Source: Daphnia carinata (taxonomy: Eukaryota). Taken from it: DNA of 64,000 bases. How positions within the stretch are numbered: the first letter of the stretch is position 1; every line of letters starts with the position of its first letter. The stretch is from NCBI RefSeq assembly GCF_022539665.2, contig NC_081332.1:4340001-4404000 (forward strand), written 5' to 3'. The position numbers and the translations under genes are program-made. Below the pieces are notes generated by a model. That model worked only from the letters and a program-made list of their open reading frames with translations. It was not told where the DNA came from and did not search any database. Positions 1 to 14,300 of this stretch are shown piece by piece.

Positions 1-44
1 ATGAGTTAAAGTTTCTAATCTTATTTTACAGTCTTAACAATTAC

Positions 45-2709
45 TTTAGATAGTTCAACTGCTTGGGCAAAGTAGTTAGCCGCTTCAACATCTCCATAGC
101 GGGTCAAGTTGGGTGAAACTTCAGTCAGCCGAGCACGAACTTGCGTCAGTGTATCATACGGCAGTTTGACACCCACAACCTTTTGTTTGCATAGGTAAAA
201 TTTATCAGTTGTATAAAGAAAGAAGTTAATTGACAAAACTATTTATGTATACTACCTCCCCCAATGCACGTAGGATCTTCCAGTCTTCTCGGGCGAGACC
301 AGGGGCAGTAATAGCCGTAAATGTTTGCTGAGCTCGACCCTCCATGTTGACGTAGGTGGCCGGCTTTTCTGTATAAGCAGCTCCAGGAAGCACAGCGTCA
401 GCCATGGCAGCCCCACGATCTCCATGATGACCTAGAGAAAAAAGGTATTAGCTACCGTCAAAACAGAACGAATGCATTTAATATGCCTTGGTAAATAACG
501 AAGCAATCTTTAGGCAAATCCTCACGACTGATGGCGCCTTCGTCGGCTCCCAGAAGGAAAAGAACTTTGGGTGGGTTTGAACGAATGGCATCGATTCCGG
601 CTTTGTAGCCCAAATCTAAGGCGGCTACCTGAGATGCAACTCGCTGGAGGACATTAAGCACACGCCAGTCGTGACCAACATTGGAGGCAACTCGGGCATT
701 CTGGGCTATCCTCTGGGTCAGCTGGAAAATAGCGGCGCCATCTGCTCTCTGCAAAGCTCCCGAACCGACGACAATCACGGGACGTTTAGCACCATTCAAA
801 ACTTTGGAGAAGGCGTGGCGACCCTCTGCCAAGTCTTTCAGTACTTGTACGGAATCTCCAAGATTCTATTTCAAGCGATTCATCATTCATTATATTACCA
901 TTAGAACAATGAAAATGCCAAATTACTTCCGTTTCGTAGGTCAAGTCAACTTTAGGACCGACAGTTGCAACTCGAAGATCGTTATTGATCCATGCTTTGC
1001 GAAGGCGGGCATTAAAAAGCGGTGCTTCGAATCGTGTATTGGTACCGATCAAGAGAACAACGTCCGCCTCTTCGACACCTTTAAAAACAAAAAAGATTTA
1101 GTTTGTACTACCATCCCAACGTACACTAGCGTTACACCTACCGGCAATAGTTGAATTAAGAAGGTAATTTGATCGCAGATCGGTTCCGGCACCATCCATT
1201 GGAAAAATTTCCTCAGTGCATAGCGATTCAGAACCCAAGGTATTTAACATATCTTTAAGAACGACAAGAGCCTGGATTTTGGGATTGAGAAATAGTTAAT
1301 GTCGTTCGATTGATGTGTCCGTTTCGACTTACTTCGGCATCCGCAAATCCACCAACAATGGCAGCCAATTCATTTCCCTTTGCTGACTGCAGTGCTCTAG
1401 CAACAGCAACGAGGGCATCTTCCCATTCAACCATGACCAGTTTACCATTGCTGTCACGTACCATAGGCGAAACCAATCGTTGGCGTTTAAGTCCGTCACA
1501 AGCGAAACGGCTCTTGTCGGAAAGCCATTCCTCGTTAATTTCCTAAAACATGAAAGATTATGTCAAACGGATGGGCTAACGTAGATATGTCTCATCCCAC
1601 TGTATTACCTCATGCGTGCGAGGTAATACTCGAAGCACCTCACCCGTTCGGTGGGTCACGAAGATGTTTGATCCAACTGCGTCCATCACATCAATAGAAT
1701 CGGTTTTTCGAGTCTCCCATGGCCGAGCCATGAAGGCATAAGGTTTGGATGTTAGTGCACCAACAGGGCAGAGATCGATGACGTTACCACTCAGTTCTGA
1801 GAGGAACATTTTTTCTACATATGTTCCGACCTTAGATTGAACTGCTATGTAGATGTAGCTCAATGGAGTAGTGAAAAAGATTGCTATACCTGCATATCTC
1901 CACCGCGTCCAGTGGTACCTAGATCATCGACGCCAGCCACCTCAGAGGCGAAGCGGATACAACGTGTGCAATGAATACATCTCGTCATAATAGTTTTGAT
2001 AAGAGGGCCGACATTCTTGTCTTCGACAGCTCTGAAACAGAAGCAGCCCGTTAGACATGGTTCCATTTGAAACAACGAACACGAAAACTTAATTACCTTT
2101 TCCCGCTGAACGCAATATCTGTAAAGCGACTGCGATCGCTACCGAAAGCCATGGATTGATCCTGAAGGTCGCATTCACCTCCTTGGTCACAAATGGGGCA
2201 ATCGAGGGGATGATTGACCAAGAGAAACTCCATAACACCTTCACGAGCTTTGCGTGTCAGGTCAGAGTTGGTTTTGATTCGCCATCCTTTCATGACGGGC
2301 ATAGCGCATGCAGCAACAGGCTGAATAAGACGGGAAAATTATTATCAATATACTAACAATTCAACAATGTAATTCTTAATACTTTTGCTGATTTTTCAAC
2401 TTCAACCAAGCACATTCTGCAGTTGCCTGCCACAGAGAGCCTTTCATGGTAACAAAATCTGGGAATTTCAACTCCAACCATGGCAGCAGCCTAAAAGGTT
2501 AAAGACTTCATTTACTATTACTGAAGAAAAAGTTTGGTTTTTCATAATAGTTTTACCTGCAACACGGTAGTTCCTGGGTCCACAAGAACAGGTTGGCCAT
2601 CAATGAAGACTTCCACTTTCTCTGGTGCTCCTGTAACAACAGTTCGGCCACCCAGGCTAACTGCCCTACTGACTTGTGGAATAGAGCGCAAGAAAGGTAA
2701 GCGCAACAT
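45..2709 (-). CDS. NDUFS1: NADH:ubiquinone oxidoreductase 75 kDa Fe-S subunit, multi-exon, 3' end outside the window
   Basis: ATG at 2709 ([12 protein letters not shown]..., presequence-like). Exons encode [74 protein letters not shown] and [14 protein letters not shown]. Short GT-AG introns. Confidence 0.97.
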
Positions 2710-4700
2710 CTGAAATATCAAAATACAATTAGTACCATTTAATCCTTGTTTACATAAAAATTCATGATGATGATCAGACTAAAACTTGAATTGTGGACTT
2801 CATACAAGCCAAACAATACCTTATAGAAAACCACTCAAAATACTGTTAAAACCAAAATTCAGTCAGTATAGTATTTATACAGTATTATACTAATCAAGTA
2901 GAGGTAAAAATACGAATCCGGCCTGTACAACACATTACAATCCGCTTACGGTGAGGCTTTGATATTAAATTTTTCTTTTTATGACGTGACGATAACAAAA
3001 CAAAGACGCTGAATGAGGCGTAGAGAGATCAAATCAAGGAAACTGAATACAAAAATTCATTAAACCAAAAAACATATTGTTCTTACTTTGTTAAGGATGT
3101 TTTCCTCGGTTATGAGTTTTCTGTTCCGTCGGCCACAGTCTTCAGCTGTTAGAGTTTCAGCGTTGCAAAACCAAAACGTAATTTTTAAATTGAATTTTGT
3201 AATAGTATTGAATTCTTTACTGGATTAAAGTTTAAGCACTTAATTGTTTTAACCTTTATAACACACGTATTTTATACTTTACATTTATTTCTCATTTACA
3301 ATTTCCGGCAACGTTTTATCGATTTTTTTTTACTAAACGCCATCTCTTGGGGTAAACTGAATGATGCTTGGAATTCCGCGTTACCTGCTGAAAGTTTGTT
3401 TATATCAAAATCGGCGTGTTTTCCTGTTTTCAATCATCATTTTTCAAGTATTCATTCTTCCGTGATCAGTTCGACCTCACTTACTGACCAGCATATTGCC
3501 TTATAACGATGAATGCACCGAATGGCCGTGGTTCAGTGATTGGCAATTTCAGCTTTGAAGGAGATTCGTTGCCAGAGTTTTCCGAATTTGAGGACACACC
3601 TAGCGAAGTTTTTGCCTACAAGAACGAAAGGTAATTATGTTCTACCTAGATTCACCGCATGCTACATTAGAAGCTGTTTGGGGCATGTCATAAGAATGAG
3701 TTTGGGAGAAAAGGAATTCACAAGATGTAGGGTGTAAGGTTACTGGGTCATAGTGTGCATATGATACGTAAAAAGGTGGGCCTGAAGACAGTCTATGCAG
3801 TAACATTACTGCTGTAGCAAAGACAAGTTGGAAAGTTTTTACTCTTATTGAGTTGGGCTATTTAAGTTGTTTGCAAAATTGTTGATTAGAAAATATAAGG
3901 TGAGACTAAGTTGAATTTTACCCATCAAAATAACCAACTTGTTTTAGAATTAGTTCTATTTATATTTCATAGATTTGTTTAGTAAGTGAATCATGCCACG
4001 AAATCCCAAACTCAGACTTTTGAAAGCGTAACAATTACTGAAGGTTTAGAAGAGCTTTGTTAAATATACCACACATATTTGCCATCACTAATAACAGTTT
4101 GGTAAAATAAATAACCTTGCCTCACCACAACAGCTCAGCTAGCATGTTAACAGTTAAATGTGTGTTCAACTGCCCCTGGCGATAAAATCGCCAGGAAACT
4201 CGGCCTACATTCGCGTCTAAGTCAAAATATTTGATTTAGGTCATTTTCAATTTCGCGTTTTCTGATTTAGCCTAATAATTCAAGGACCCATTGTACTGTT
4301 TGGTGTTTGCTACAAAATTTACTCTTTAAGATTGTGCACGGTTTACCTCATCTAGTCTCTAAACCTTGGGCAAATGAATCGCGGCTTCGCAATTGCTTTT
4401 CAAGGTTCAAATAAACGCCCTTTCTGCGCTCATGTGTGCTTCATACCTCTATCCCCCCCGAATCAAAATTTGGCTGCAGCATGCGACCTTTTAACTTACT
4501 GCCGTGGTTTTTCTCTATTAATCAGCTGCTAATCCGTCTCGGCATCGGTTGACGGACGATTGCTATAATCTCCCAACCCTCATAGAAGAAAAGGTACAAA
4601 CAATTCCGGACTTATCCCCATGTACCTCTTCGACGAGTGCCAGCAATACTGATAAATCCCCCTTCCATTTTGCTTTTAAAGGAAACTTTCTGAAGGGAAG

Positions 4701-6412
4701 ATGGCGCCGATTACTGTCATTGAAACCATCACCATTACCCGGCCTCTTAAGGTATCTCATTGGTTTAGATTTTGTAAATTGCATTGCTCATTGAAATTCC
4801 TTAATATACTACATGTTTTTATTACCCAGGTGATAGCCTTCTTGTGTGGTGCCCTGGCTCTGGCCTTGCTGGTTATGTCATTAGCGTCGACTGATTGGTT
4901 GCTAGCCCATGGCTGGCGTCAAGGACTGTTCCTCCACTGTGTCGATGAGATGGCCGAGAGGCCCTTACCTTTTGGCCTGGAAGAAAAAGTCGGATGCTAC
5001 CGCGTTCGGGATGAATGTACTAAATGTTTTCTCCATGAGAGTTCCTCTCTTACCTCGTTATTCACTTCTTTTCTATTATGCAGACTATATTCAATTTACA
5101 GCTGCCCTTTGCATTCTTGCCTTGGCTACAGATGTCTTTGCTACGCTTCTCACAGGTAAGGAGGATAGTAGAACAGCGACATTGGCCTTAATAATCTAAT
5201 TTTTTTTCCCTCAAAACAGGTTTGGGTCTGCAAAGCGGAGATCCGCTAAAGAAGCGGAAGTACTACCGCTTGGCCATCTCCGTCATGCTGGCTTCGCGTA
5301 AGACCTTCAATCTTGATTATTTATTTTTCACAGTAGAGGTCGATCCAGGTATAGATTAAGAGCACAGGGGAACTGTTTGCACACAAATTAGCATAGACTA
5401 TGGAGTCAAACGCTTTTGAAGGCAGGCCATGAATTTGCATCTATCGAACCGGGACGTGGAATGTGGAAGTATTTTTAAGTGGGCAACCTTGCCCGAATAA
5501 TTTCCTGTCGTCATAGTCCGTTAAAAACGCTTACGGGCTAAATAAAAGTAGACAATTGCCGGTCATCTTTTGCTGTAACAATTTCCAGCCAAAAAATGGC
5601 CTTGCAATGGATGAAAGATAGCGAGGCCAGTGTTCCTTTTACTAAAGAGAAAGGTACACACAGTTCGTATTGGGCCTCAATTGCGACTTACGTTTCGTCT
5701 TCAAATGTTTTATATCGCCTTTTTCTTTCAACGAACAACTACACCTTTCCTAACCAGCATTTCTTTCAAAGAGCAACTACACCTTTCCACCTCCATGAAC
5801 TTAAAAAAGTTCATGGAGGTGTTGCAAGTCTTCGCACTAAGACAGACGAAGCTTTCCTCTGACTTAGGTTCGAGTACCGTTTGGGATAGTCATTACAGGA
5901 TGTTTTAAATCAATGGCCTTGGGAAAGTTGACATTGTCGCTAGAGTGGATTTCCTAATCATTATTTCTCATTTTGTGTGGTAACTTTAATTTCGTAAGTG
6001 GATTTTACTTCAAAACAGCAGCTTTTAGGAAAAGTCGTATTTTACTTGGTGTACGTCTAAATTGATTTGAATGTTTGCTTTCCCGACTTGCGCCATTCGG
6101 TTGATTTACGCAGTGGTTTCGGCGTTGGTTGCCCTGGTTCTGTACCCAGTTTCGTTCGCCCGCGAATTACCGCAGGGAAACAGATCCGTATGGGAATTCG
6201 GCTGGGTAAATTTCAGCTTCATTATTTTATTTTTATTCAAAGAAAAACAAAATATTGAAGTCTGGTCAATTTTAAAGGCATACGGAGTGGCTTGGGGTGC
6301 AGCCATTTTCCTCTTCGGTGCCTGTGTACTCCTCATGTGCGATAAAGAGGCGGAAGAAGTGTACTACAAGGAGCGTGACGTACACCTGGCCGAGAAATCA
6401 GGCGGCAATTGA
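4701..6412 (+). CDS. TMEM47: TMEM47/VAB-9-like tetraspan protein (PMP22/claudin superfamily)
   Basis: Exons about 4701-4751, 4830-5016, 5084-5155, 5220-5297, 6114-6205, 6278-6412. Four hydrophobic segments, W-x-x-GLF-x-x-C claudin-type loop, WEFGWAYGVAWGAAIF near the C-terminus. Confidence 0.85.
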
Positions 6413-9400
6413 AATGATGGAATCTCCTAAACCTTACCAAATTTTTTTTTGTTCTTGCTCTCTTTTCGTACGTGTGTCGTGTGGTTTGCCTTTCCTTAAG
6501 TTAAGCCTAATCTTAAAACACTACCGTTTATACATAGACGTAGCGTTGTGTGCACACTCCCTTATGGTAGTTCAGCACTAGTTGCACTCGTTTCGTGGGG
6601 GAAAAAATCACGTACTCTCATATTGTATTACTTTGCTTGACAAAAACTTTATTCAAATGAAACTAGTGCCGATGACGAAGAATAAGAGATATTTTACAAT
6701 AAGACAATGAGACATTGGATCCAATTCGGTGATTGTTGTGTTTTTTCACTCTCTGGATTAAATCGCACGATCGCGAGCGGCCTTGTCGTCTCCCTCCTTA
6801 ATGCCCACTTCCCACCCACCAATTTGTCGAAGGACGTAGGCTACACACCTGTTTGTAATAGTAGGGAAATGCTCTCGTGAAGCTCTGCTTGTCTCCCTCT
6901 CTTTCCCAATTTTTTTTTGTCACACGCCCCATTCCTACTACTGTGTGAGTGTAATTCCCCTACCTCTTGTACGGGGTCGGCGTGTGCACGTTCCGGCCTA
7001 AAACATTAATATTCCTTTTCCCTCTTGTCAAAAAAAAAAAACCCAAAAATGGAAAAGGAAGCCTTCAATTTGTAATCTGAAGGTTACATCCCATTTTCCG
7101 TCTCTTTCTCTACATTTACTTTATGTAATCACATCTAGTCAGGGCGGGGGAAGATAATAACAATAACGGTTTAAAGATAATTACCATTTGACAGCAACCC
7201 TCCATATTTACGGAACAGAATTTCAAATACTCTTTTACAGTATTAAGACATTTATACAGTTTTTTTGGTTCCTTTATTTTGGTTTATTTATGGTGAATTT
7301 ATAGTAGATTTAGTTGTGGGTGTGTCGTCATCCGTGTCGGAATTGTCGGATTACTGATCAATTACTTGTCCACGCACAGCTTTGACCATCACACTACACT
7401 CTCTTTATCTGTCTGTCATTATTTATTCCTTTCTTCTTGATATTCTGCACCAAAAAGCCTCTTTCACCTTTAATATCTCAATACATTTGAACTGATTTTG
7501 TTCCGAGAGTTCGGTCAAAAGTTCGATGTTTTATCTTCATTTTCAGGATCTTCGAATGTCCAATTTTGGACTTTTTGGCCGTGTTGTTTGTATACATTGC
7601 AACACCAAACAGTTGGATATGTACAGCAACAAAATGGCCGCATAGTAACGCAAAACTGTCTGCGCAAACTTGTTTGTAAAGCAGGTAGATTTCCGTTAAG
7701 GAATCCTTCCCTTTCTTGTCTCATTTTCATTTTAATTAATACGACGTACATTTTTTATCTCGTGTGTATCCTTGAGACACACTGTATTTTTATAATTTTA
7801 ACTAGTTATCGCACTGTTTTTGGAACAAAACCCGTTTATTTTCCCCTGAAGCTTCTGCCGTTTTAAATGTGCATTGCTTTTCCGTTGTTTGTCTAGATTT
7901 TTCCCTTCTTTGCCCCATTTAATTCCGTCTTTCTAAAATATGAGCATCATGGAACAGACATTTGAAAGTTGGCCAATTGATGAAAGCAAGCTCTCCATTG
8001 GAATTCGACTATCGACTTACAAATTTATTCCTTAATATCACCCAATTTTATTTAGAAGGGTTTCTTATTTCACTTGTTTTACGATGTATTGCTTCAAGAT
8101 TGTTCAATGTGAATGGAAAAATTCCATGTGTTTGACTACACTTTCGGATACCCTAAAGTAACTGAAAAGAAAGAAGATCGCAACACGTGTATGTTGACAG
8201 CCTTTGTATTGCGGCATGTTATCGTATTCACAGCTACTGGATGCCGACATTGCGGTTAGTTTGGTTTATTTGTCAATTTTATTTTAGTTTTTTTCGATTT
8301 TTTATTTGTATCTTTTTTCTCTTGTTGTCGTTCTAGAAAAACCAGAGTGATGCAAGGCTTCCCGAGCAGCCGATTAAGGTAATTTCGAGTTTCTGTATCA
8401 CGTTTGTAATTTTTTCATCACTGTTGATTTAAAACTACAGATCAATGATAACCAAAAAGCTAAAGTGCAGCTCTTGTTCCTTTGTTTTCAGGCGTAAACT
8501 AACTGTCGGATCTGGATTAGAAATTACCTTTTCCAGAGATGCCTGATGATAAAAGTACAGGAAGAGTGTGGAAACCTACCGCGACATCCAGGATGAGGCT
8601 GATTGCATAAAGCAGGAAAGCCACGAGACTAAACGACTGGGATCAACGTCAACTGGTAAACTTTCATATTTCCAAATAAATTTGCCTTACACTAAAAATA
8701 TCATTTGGCTATGTAAATAGATAAAAACCCTAATGATGAAATGTCGAAGGATAAAAAAAATATTGAACAATCCTCACCGCAAAAATAGCAATCCATCGTC
8801 TGACGGTCGCCGTGAGAAATCAATCGAGACTTTCACAGATCGTTTTCGGTTCATCAACGTGCCACTTTTGTTTGGATTTCGCCTAGTCACCGCCAAGAGC
8901 CGCTTTCACTTGGGTAAGTGTGACATAACATCTCAATTATATCGGACGTCGGTGAAAACTTAGCCTAAAACCGTCGTCACAGCGATTTGACAGTTTTTAG
9001 GTGCGTTCGTTAATGGTCGAATTGCGACTCAAATAGAACAAAAGAAGACTTTCGTAGGATTAACTAAAGGACAGTAAGAAGTAATGAGCTAACGCCCACT
9101 TGCCACTGAAAGCAACAGGGTTGAATCAGTCGGGGAAAACCGCAAAAGGGCTCGCGCAGAACAGGTCTGGCATTGATTCGCTTGATATCTCATCGCCAAT
9201 GGCTAGCGGTTGCCATCTACGCAGAATAGAAATCGACCTAGCAAATCGAAAACAATGGGAGGCAAAAAATAGACGGACACAAAGGTCGGTTGATTGATGT
9301 TTTACAATCTATAAAAAAAAAAATGAATGGTTCAATCATCGCATTCCACGCATCGTTGTCTTACTGCTTCATACCGAAAGACCTACTCTAGGACACTGTA

Positions 9401-10602
9401 CAATGGCCTTCGAATTAGGCGTGCGTTTTCTTCCAGCTACAAATCAGGTCAATGTCGGATGACGTTCCAGTACACTAACAGTCTACTAGTATATCAGGAA
9501 GCTTAGGCACTTGACGTTGGTGGCAGACCAAGAAACCCTTTTAATGACACAACCCCGGAATTGAATTTTAGCTGATTACTTTGAATGGAGGGGAAAAACG
9601 TTCAGCATCTTTTTGCTTAAGGCACGTCATGGTGAGACAAAGTAATTGCGGTTGCGGTTACTTAAGATCCTCTTTCGTCACAGGTTTGCCCCAAGGTCAA
9701 CAAAATGAACGCAAGTCGCCAATAACGCGGAAAGATGTAGGCATTGAATTCTATTGAAATTTCGTTCATATCCTAACCCTCCATGTCGGATGGTTCTAGG
9801 AAACCAACTTGTTTAGCTCGTTGTTCTCATGTCTCCACGATGAGAAGGAGAAACGCCCTTAAATGGGTCTTGATTATCTCTCGGTTTTATGCGCATAAAC
9901 GGGTCTAAAATGGGGATTTCCCCTTATCTGTTTTGTGCAACCCCAATCAAACAAATTTCCATCTAGGTAACCAACAGAGAAAACCTTTTGCGGCACATCT
10001 TTAAAAAAAAGTCAATAACGATGTCTTTGGATTCTCGTTGAATTAGTTCCTGGTGTAGTCGACATATTGGAATTAATTTTAACATTAAAAGACGTCCTTG
10101 AATGAGACCTACAGTAATCTTGTATAAGAGTAGGACCCGAACTAAGTGAAGGCGAAAAATCTGGAACATTTTCTTATTTTAAGAACAGAGAGCCCAGGGA
10201 GAAGAGGACACTTCTTTTATGACAGCCATTTAGTTAAGCCCAAGGACGCGTAGAAACAACAGAAAGATTAAACTTGACCTCTCCAATAGGCCAGCACTTG
10301 AGTCCGTCGCCAATATTCCCGTCATTCGTCTTTCGGTCAAGATTTTTAAAGATTAAACCAGCCGCTTTTCCCTTTCGGTTATTGACACGGGTTCTTGCTG
10401 TTCTCCTTGAAACGAAAAGTACTCGTAAAAACCAAAATCGCATTACAGTCAAAATACCATCAGACGAAGAAAAGAAGTTGGAAAACGTAAAGAAGGGGGC
10501 GATCTTTTTTTCCCTTTTCCCGTTTGTGCCTTTTTCTTTTTTTCTAATCAACAATTTCGTGCGTACGTACATACCCGGCGGATGTCGTTATGAACTGGTT
10601 TG

Positions 10603-10920
10603 TGACGTCAAGCAATCCTTGCTATCCGCCAGTCCAAAGAAAGAGCTTGTGGGTTATTATTTTACGCTTCTCTATTGTGCGATGTCGACTCCTCCTTCGT
10701 CACCGCCTTCTCACTCCTCCCTTTTATTCGTTTGATTTTCAATTTTTTGGATATGTACAACTTTAATTTTATTTCTCTTTCTTCCGCATAGGCCCCTCCT
10801 ACTCTGGTTACCCTTCTCTCTTATTCTCTAGCTCCCCCCTCCGAATCCGCCGCCCCGTTCGAGGACGCTATAAAACCCTGGATTCCTCCACAAAAGAGCC
10901 AGTAGACGCCTAACGTCAGT
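10603..10920 (+). promoter_or_regulatory. Tdc core promoter: CRE, TATA box and initiator
   Basis: TGACGTCA at 10603-10610, TATAAAA at 10869-10875, Inr-like CCAGT at about 10899 and TCAGTT at about 10916. A non-coding first exon ends at the GTAAGT donor at 11111. Confidence 0.6.
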
Positions 10921-11388
10921 TGTTGGCTTTAGAGGATCTCTCTCGAAACACACACCAGCTCCCTCTCTACATTTCCCTAATTCTCGTCGGTTGTTTGCCG
11001 TTCAGCGTGAGAGTCTAAGGATCCACAAGTCGATTTGCAGCCAGTGACACTCGGTGATTCCAACGCAGCGCACGAAGTCAACGTTTTATTATCTACTTTT
11101 CCCATTTCAAGTAAGTTTTAGTGTTGTTTTGCATCTCCTGAAAGAAGAGAAAGAAAAATAGGATGAGGGTGATGATTGCATTCCATCAACGCAATAATAG
11201 TCGAAATGGCTCCCTTAATCCATTTTTTTTAAAAGTAAAAGTGGGATCGGAATGCTCGACATTCCATGATCTGTTGTCCTCTTGCGTGCAATGGAGACGA
11301 AAAAAAAAATTTACGTGTCGATTGATTGAGAACATTCTTGGATTCATTCATAAAAGGTCAGAGCAAACGCATCCCCATCGCAAACAAA

Positions 11389-14300
11389 ATGGACACCAAA
11401 GAATTCCGTCAACGCGGCCGCGAGATGGTCGATTACATCGCCGAATATATGGAATCGGTTGGTGAGAGGCGTGTGACTCCCGACGTGGAACCGGGTTACC
11501 TGCGCGACCTAATCCCGTCGACAGCTCCTTACGAAGGCGAAGGCTGGCCGGAGATCATGGCGGATGTGGAAACGAAAATTATGCCCGGTGTAAGATAATA
11601 GAAAACTCTCCTTTTGATTAGGGGGGGACTTTTTACTTTTATTGAGCATGGTGTTGATTTCATTCTTCTTTCATACAATCATTATTATGCAGATGATGCA
11701 ACAATACCAACCATGTAATGAACACTTTCACTTTCAGTGTTTATTGTTCTTTCCCCCTCATTTGTTTTGCCTATCTGGATTATTATACTGTCCGCAAGTC
11801 TATTATTAACCAAAAAAAAAATTGCGATTGTCTTTGAACAGGTGACCCACTGGCAGCACCCGCGGTTTCACGCTTACTTCCCATCGGGCAACTCGTTCCC
11901 GTCCATTCTAGGCGACATGCTTTCTGACGGCATTGGAGCCATTGGTTTCTCCTGGGTAAGTGTAAATTCACTGTAATTATTGCCGCAACTGTTTGTGTCA
12001 CATTGGCCCCCAGAAGCTCTTTCTTCTTTTCCCATCCAATTTTCACAGCCTCACGAGCTCGAAACCGAGCTTCCCATATTCTAAGTTTTCATCAGAAAGA
12101 AAACGAAATTTTGCGAGTTTTCATTTTCAGAACGATAAGACCGCGACGAGTAAATGGTTTTTACAGCCTCACTCTACGATTAACTATTACTACTGTTTGC
12201 CCATTTAAAATTTTTCCCACCCACGTTGAAACGGCTTCTGTCGCTTTTTATTTTCAAGGATTTCTATTTTTGAGACAGTAGAAGTAGAACACATTCAAAA
12301 GTGTGAAAACCCGCTATGCCCTAGTATTATATTTATTGATACTTTTTTGCCAACTGATTCCTTTTCCTAAAACAATTGCGATAGGTCGAAAAAGAATGTG
12401 GTCGTGCGTGTATATTTTCGACTCACGGCCAAATTAAGATGAGACCTGTTGAAAAGTAAAGCAAAATCTAGATTTTTTACCAATTATGTCGTGATTGTTC
12501 CACTCCCGAGGTAATCTATGTTTAAACGCAGTCTACCTTGAGTAGAGCTGGCCAAGGCCGCCAACAAAAACTAGATGAATGCTTGCCTACTACTAGCTTT
12601 TGCGGTCCCGCCGTTATTTTACTAGTGTAACGACGTGAGTGTTACATCGTGAGAAAGATTCTTCATCTACCTTGGTGTGACGTCAATTGAATCGTTTTTT
12701 TTATTGTGTCAAGGATGGCTAGAATTGTTCAATCACGTACTCTCTATTTGCTGTGTAAGGCAGAAGAAGCAGATCAATCAGATTACGGGTTTTCAGCCTT
12801 GAGGCTGTTTTCTATTTAAACCGGCATTATTACCCGCTTGTCAACAAATTGATCGATATGAATGCAATTTATTAAATTTTCTGCACTTTCCTAATCTAGG
12901 CTGCTAGTCCGGCTTGCACTGAACTAGAGACTATCGTCTTGGATTGGCTCGGTAAGTTAGCACTTTCGATTTGAAAATGTTTTAATTGATCCATAACTCT
13001 TACCTTCCTGCAAACAGGTCAAATGATTGGTCTCCCTCATGACTTTTTATCCTTTCCCGAGAACAGCATAGGCGGTGGTGTCATGCAGGTAAATTGTGTT
13101 GTACTTACATCAGTAACATAATGGATAATTATATATTTCGGTTCATTTGAATGTTACACTAGTCATCAGCCAGCGAATGCGTGTTGGTCTGCTTATTGGC
13201 TGCCCGTGCTCTGAAGATCAAGGAACTCAAAGCTCTCCACCCGTTTGTTGAGGAGGGTGTTCTACTCTCCAAGTTGGTCGCCTACTGTTCCAAGGAGGCT
13301 CATTCATGCGTCGAAAAAGCAGCCATGATTGCTTTCACGAAGCTTCGTATCCTCGACCCTGATGCAGATTTGGCCCTTCGCGGAGCCACGCTTGCACAGG
13401 TAGAATTTTGCACAGCTTGAGTCAGTTAAGTGGTTTTGTCACTAACTAGAAATACTTTTTCTAGGCCATTGAAGAAGACAAAGCTATGGGTTTGGTCCCT
13501 TTCTTCGTATCAGCCACTTTGGGAACCACGTCATGCGTTTCGTTTGATAATTTGGCTGAAATCGGTGAGAGCACACATGTTAGTTTGAAAGCGTTAGGGT
13601 GACTCATTGAATCTTTTTGCTCTTCAGGCCCAATTGCAGAGGCAGCTGGAACATGGCTCCATGTCGACGGAGCATACGCTGGTAATGCCATGATCTGCCC
13701 AGAATTCAAATATCTGATGAAGGGCATTGAACACGCCATGTCCTTCAATTGCAACCCCAACAAATGGTTGCTCACAAACTTTGATTGTTCCACCATGTGG
13801 TATGTGATTATCTTCTCTTTTTTTATGTTTTCAAATTGTTCCTTTATTTAAAGAATTGTGAATCCATTACAGGGTTCGCGATCGCTTCAAGCTGACTCAA
13901 GCCCTGGTCGTCGATCCACTGTATTTGCAGCACAGCCACTCTGGCAAATCCATCGACTACAGAGTAAAAACTAGATTTTAATTTTTTATTCTTGACTATT
14001 TAATTGATTTTCACATTATAAAGCATTGGGGAATTCCTTTGAGCCGTCGTTTCCGCGCTCTCAAACTCTGGTTTGTTATCCGTAACTACGGCGTGGCTGG
14101 TCTTCAGAAGTACATCCGTGAGCATTGCCGCCTGGCCAAGTGTTTCGAAGCCCTTGTCAGAGAGGATGACCGTTTTGAAGTCAGCAACATTGTCCGGGTA
14201 TGACTGTTTTTAGCGAAAACAAAAACGATTGATAACTAATAAAAAGCTTCTTCCTTTCTACACTGTAGATGGGATTAGTGTGCTTCCGTCTCAAGGGCAA

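Noticed and set aside
671..1546. Plus-strand ORFs over NDUFS1
   Set aside because: Antisense shadows of the real minus-strand exons.
7498..7866. ORFs on both strands downstream of TMEM47
   Set aside because: No proper start or exon chain and no family motif; may be 3' UTR.
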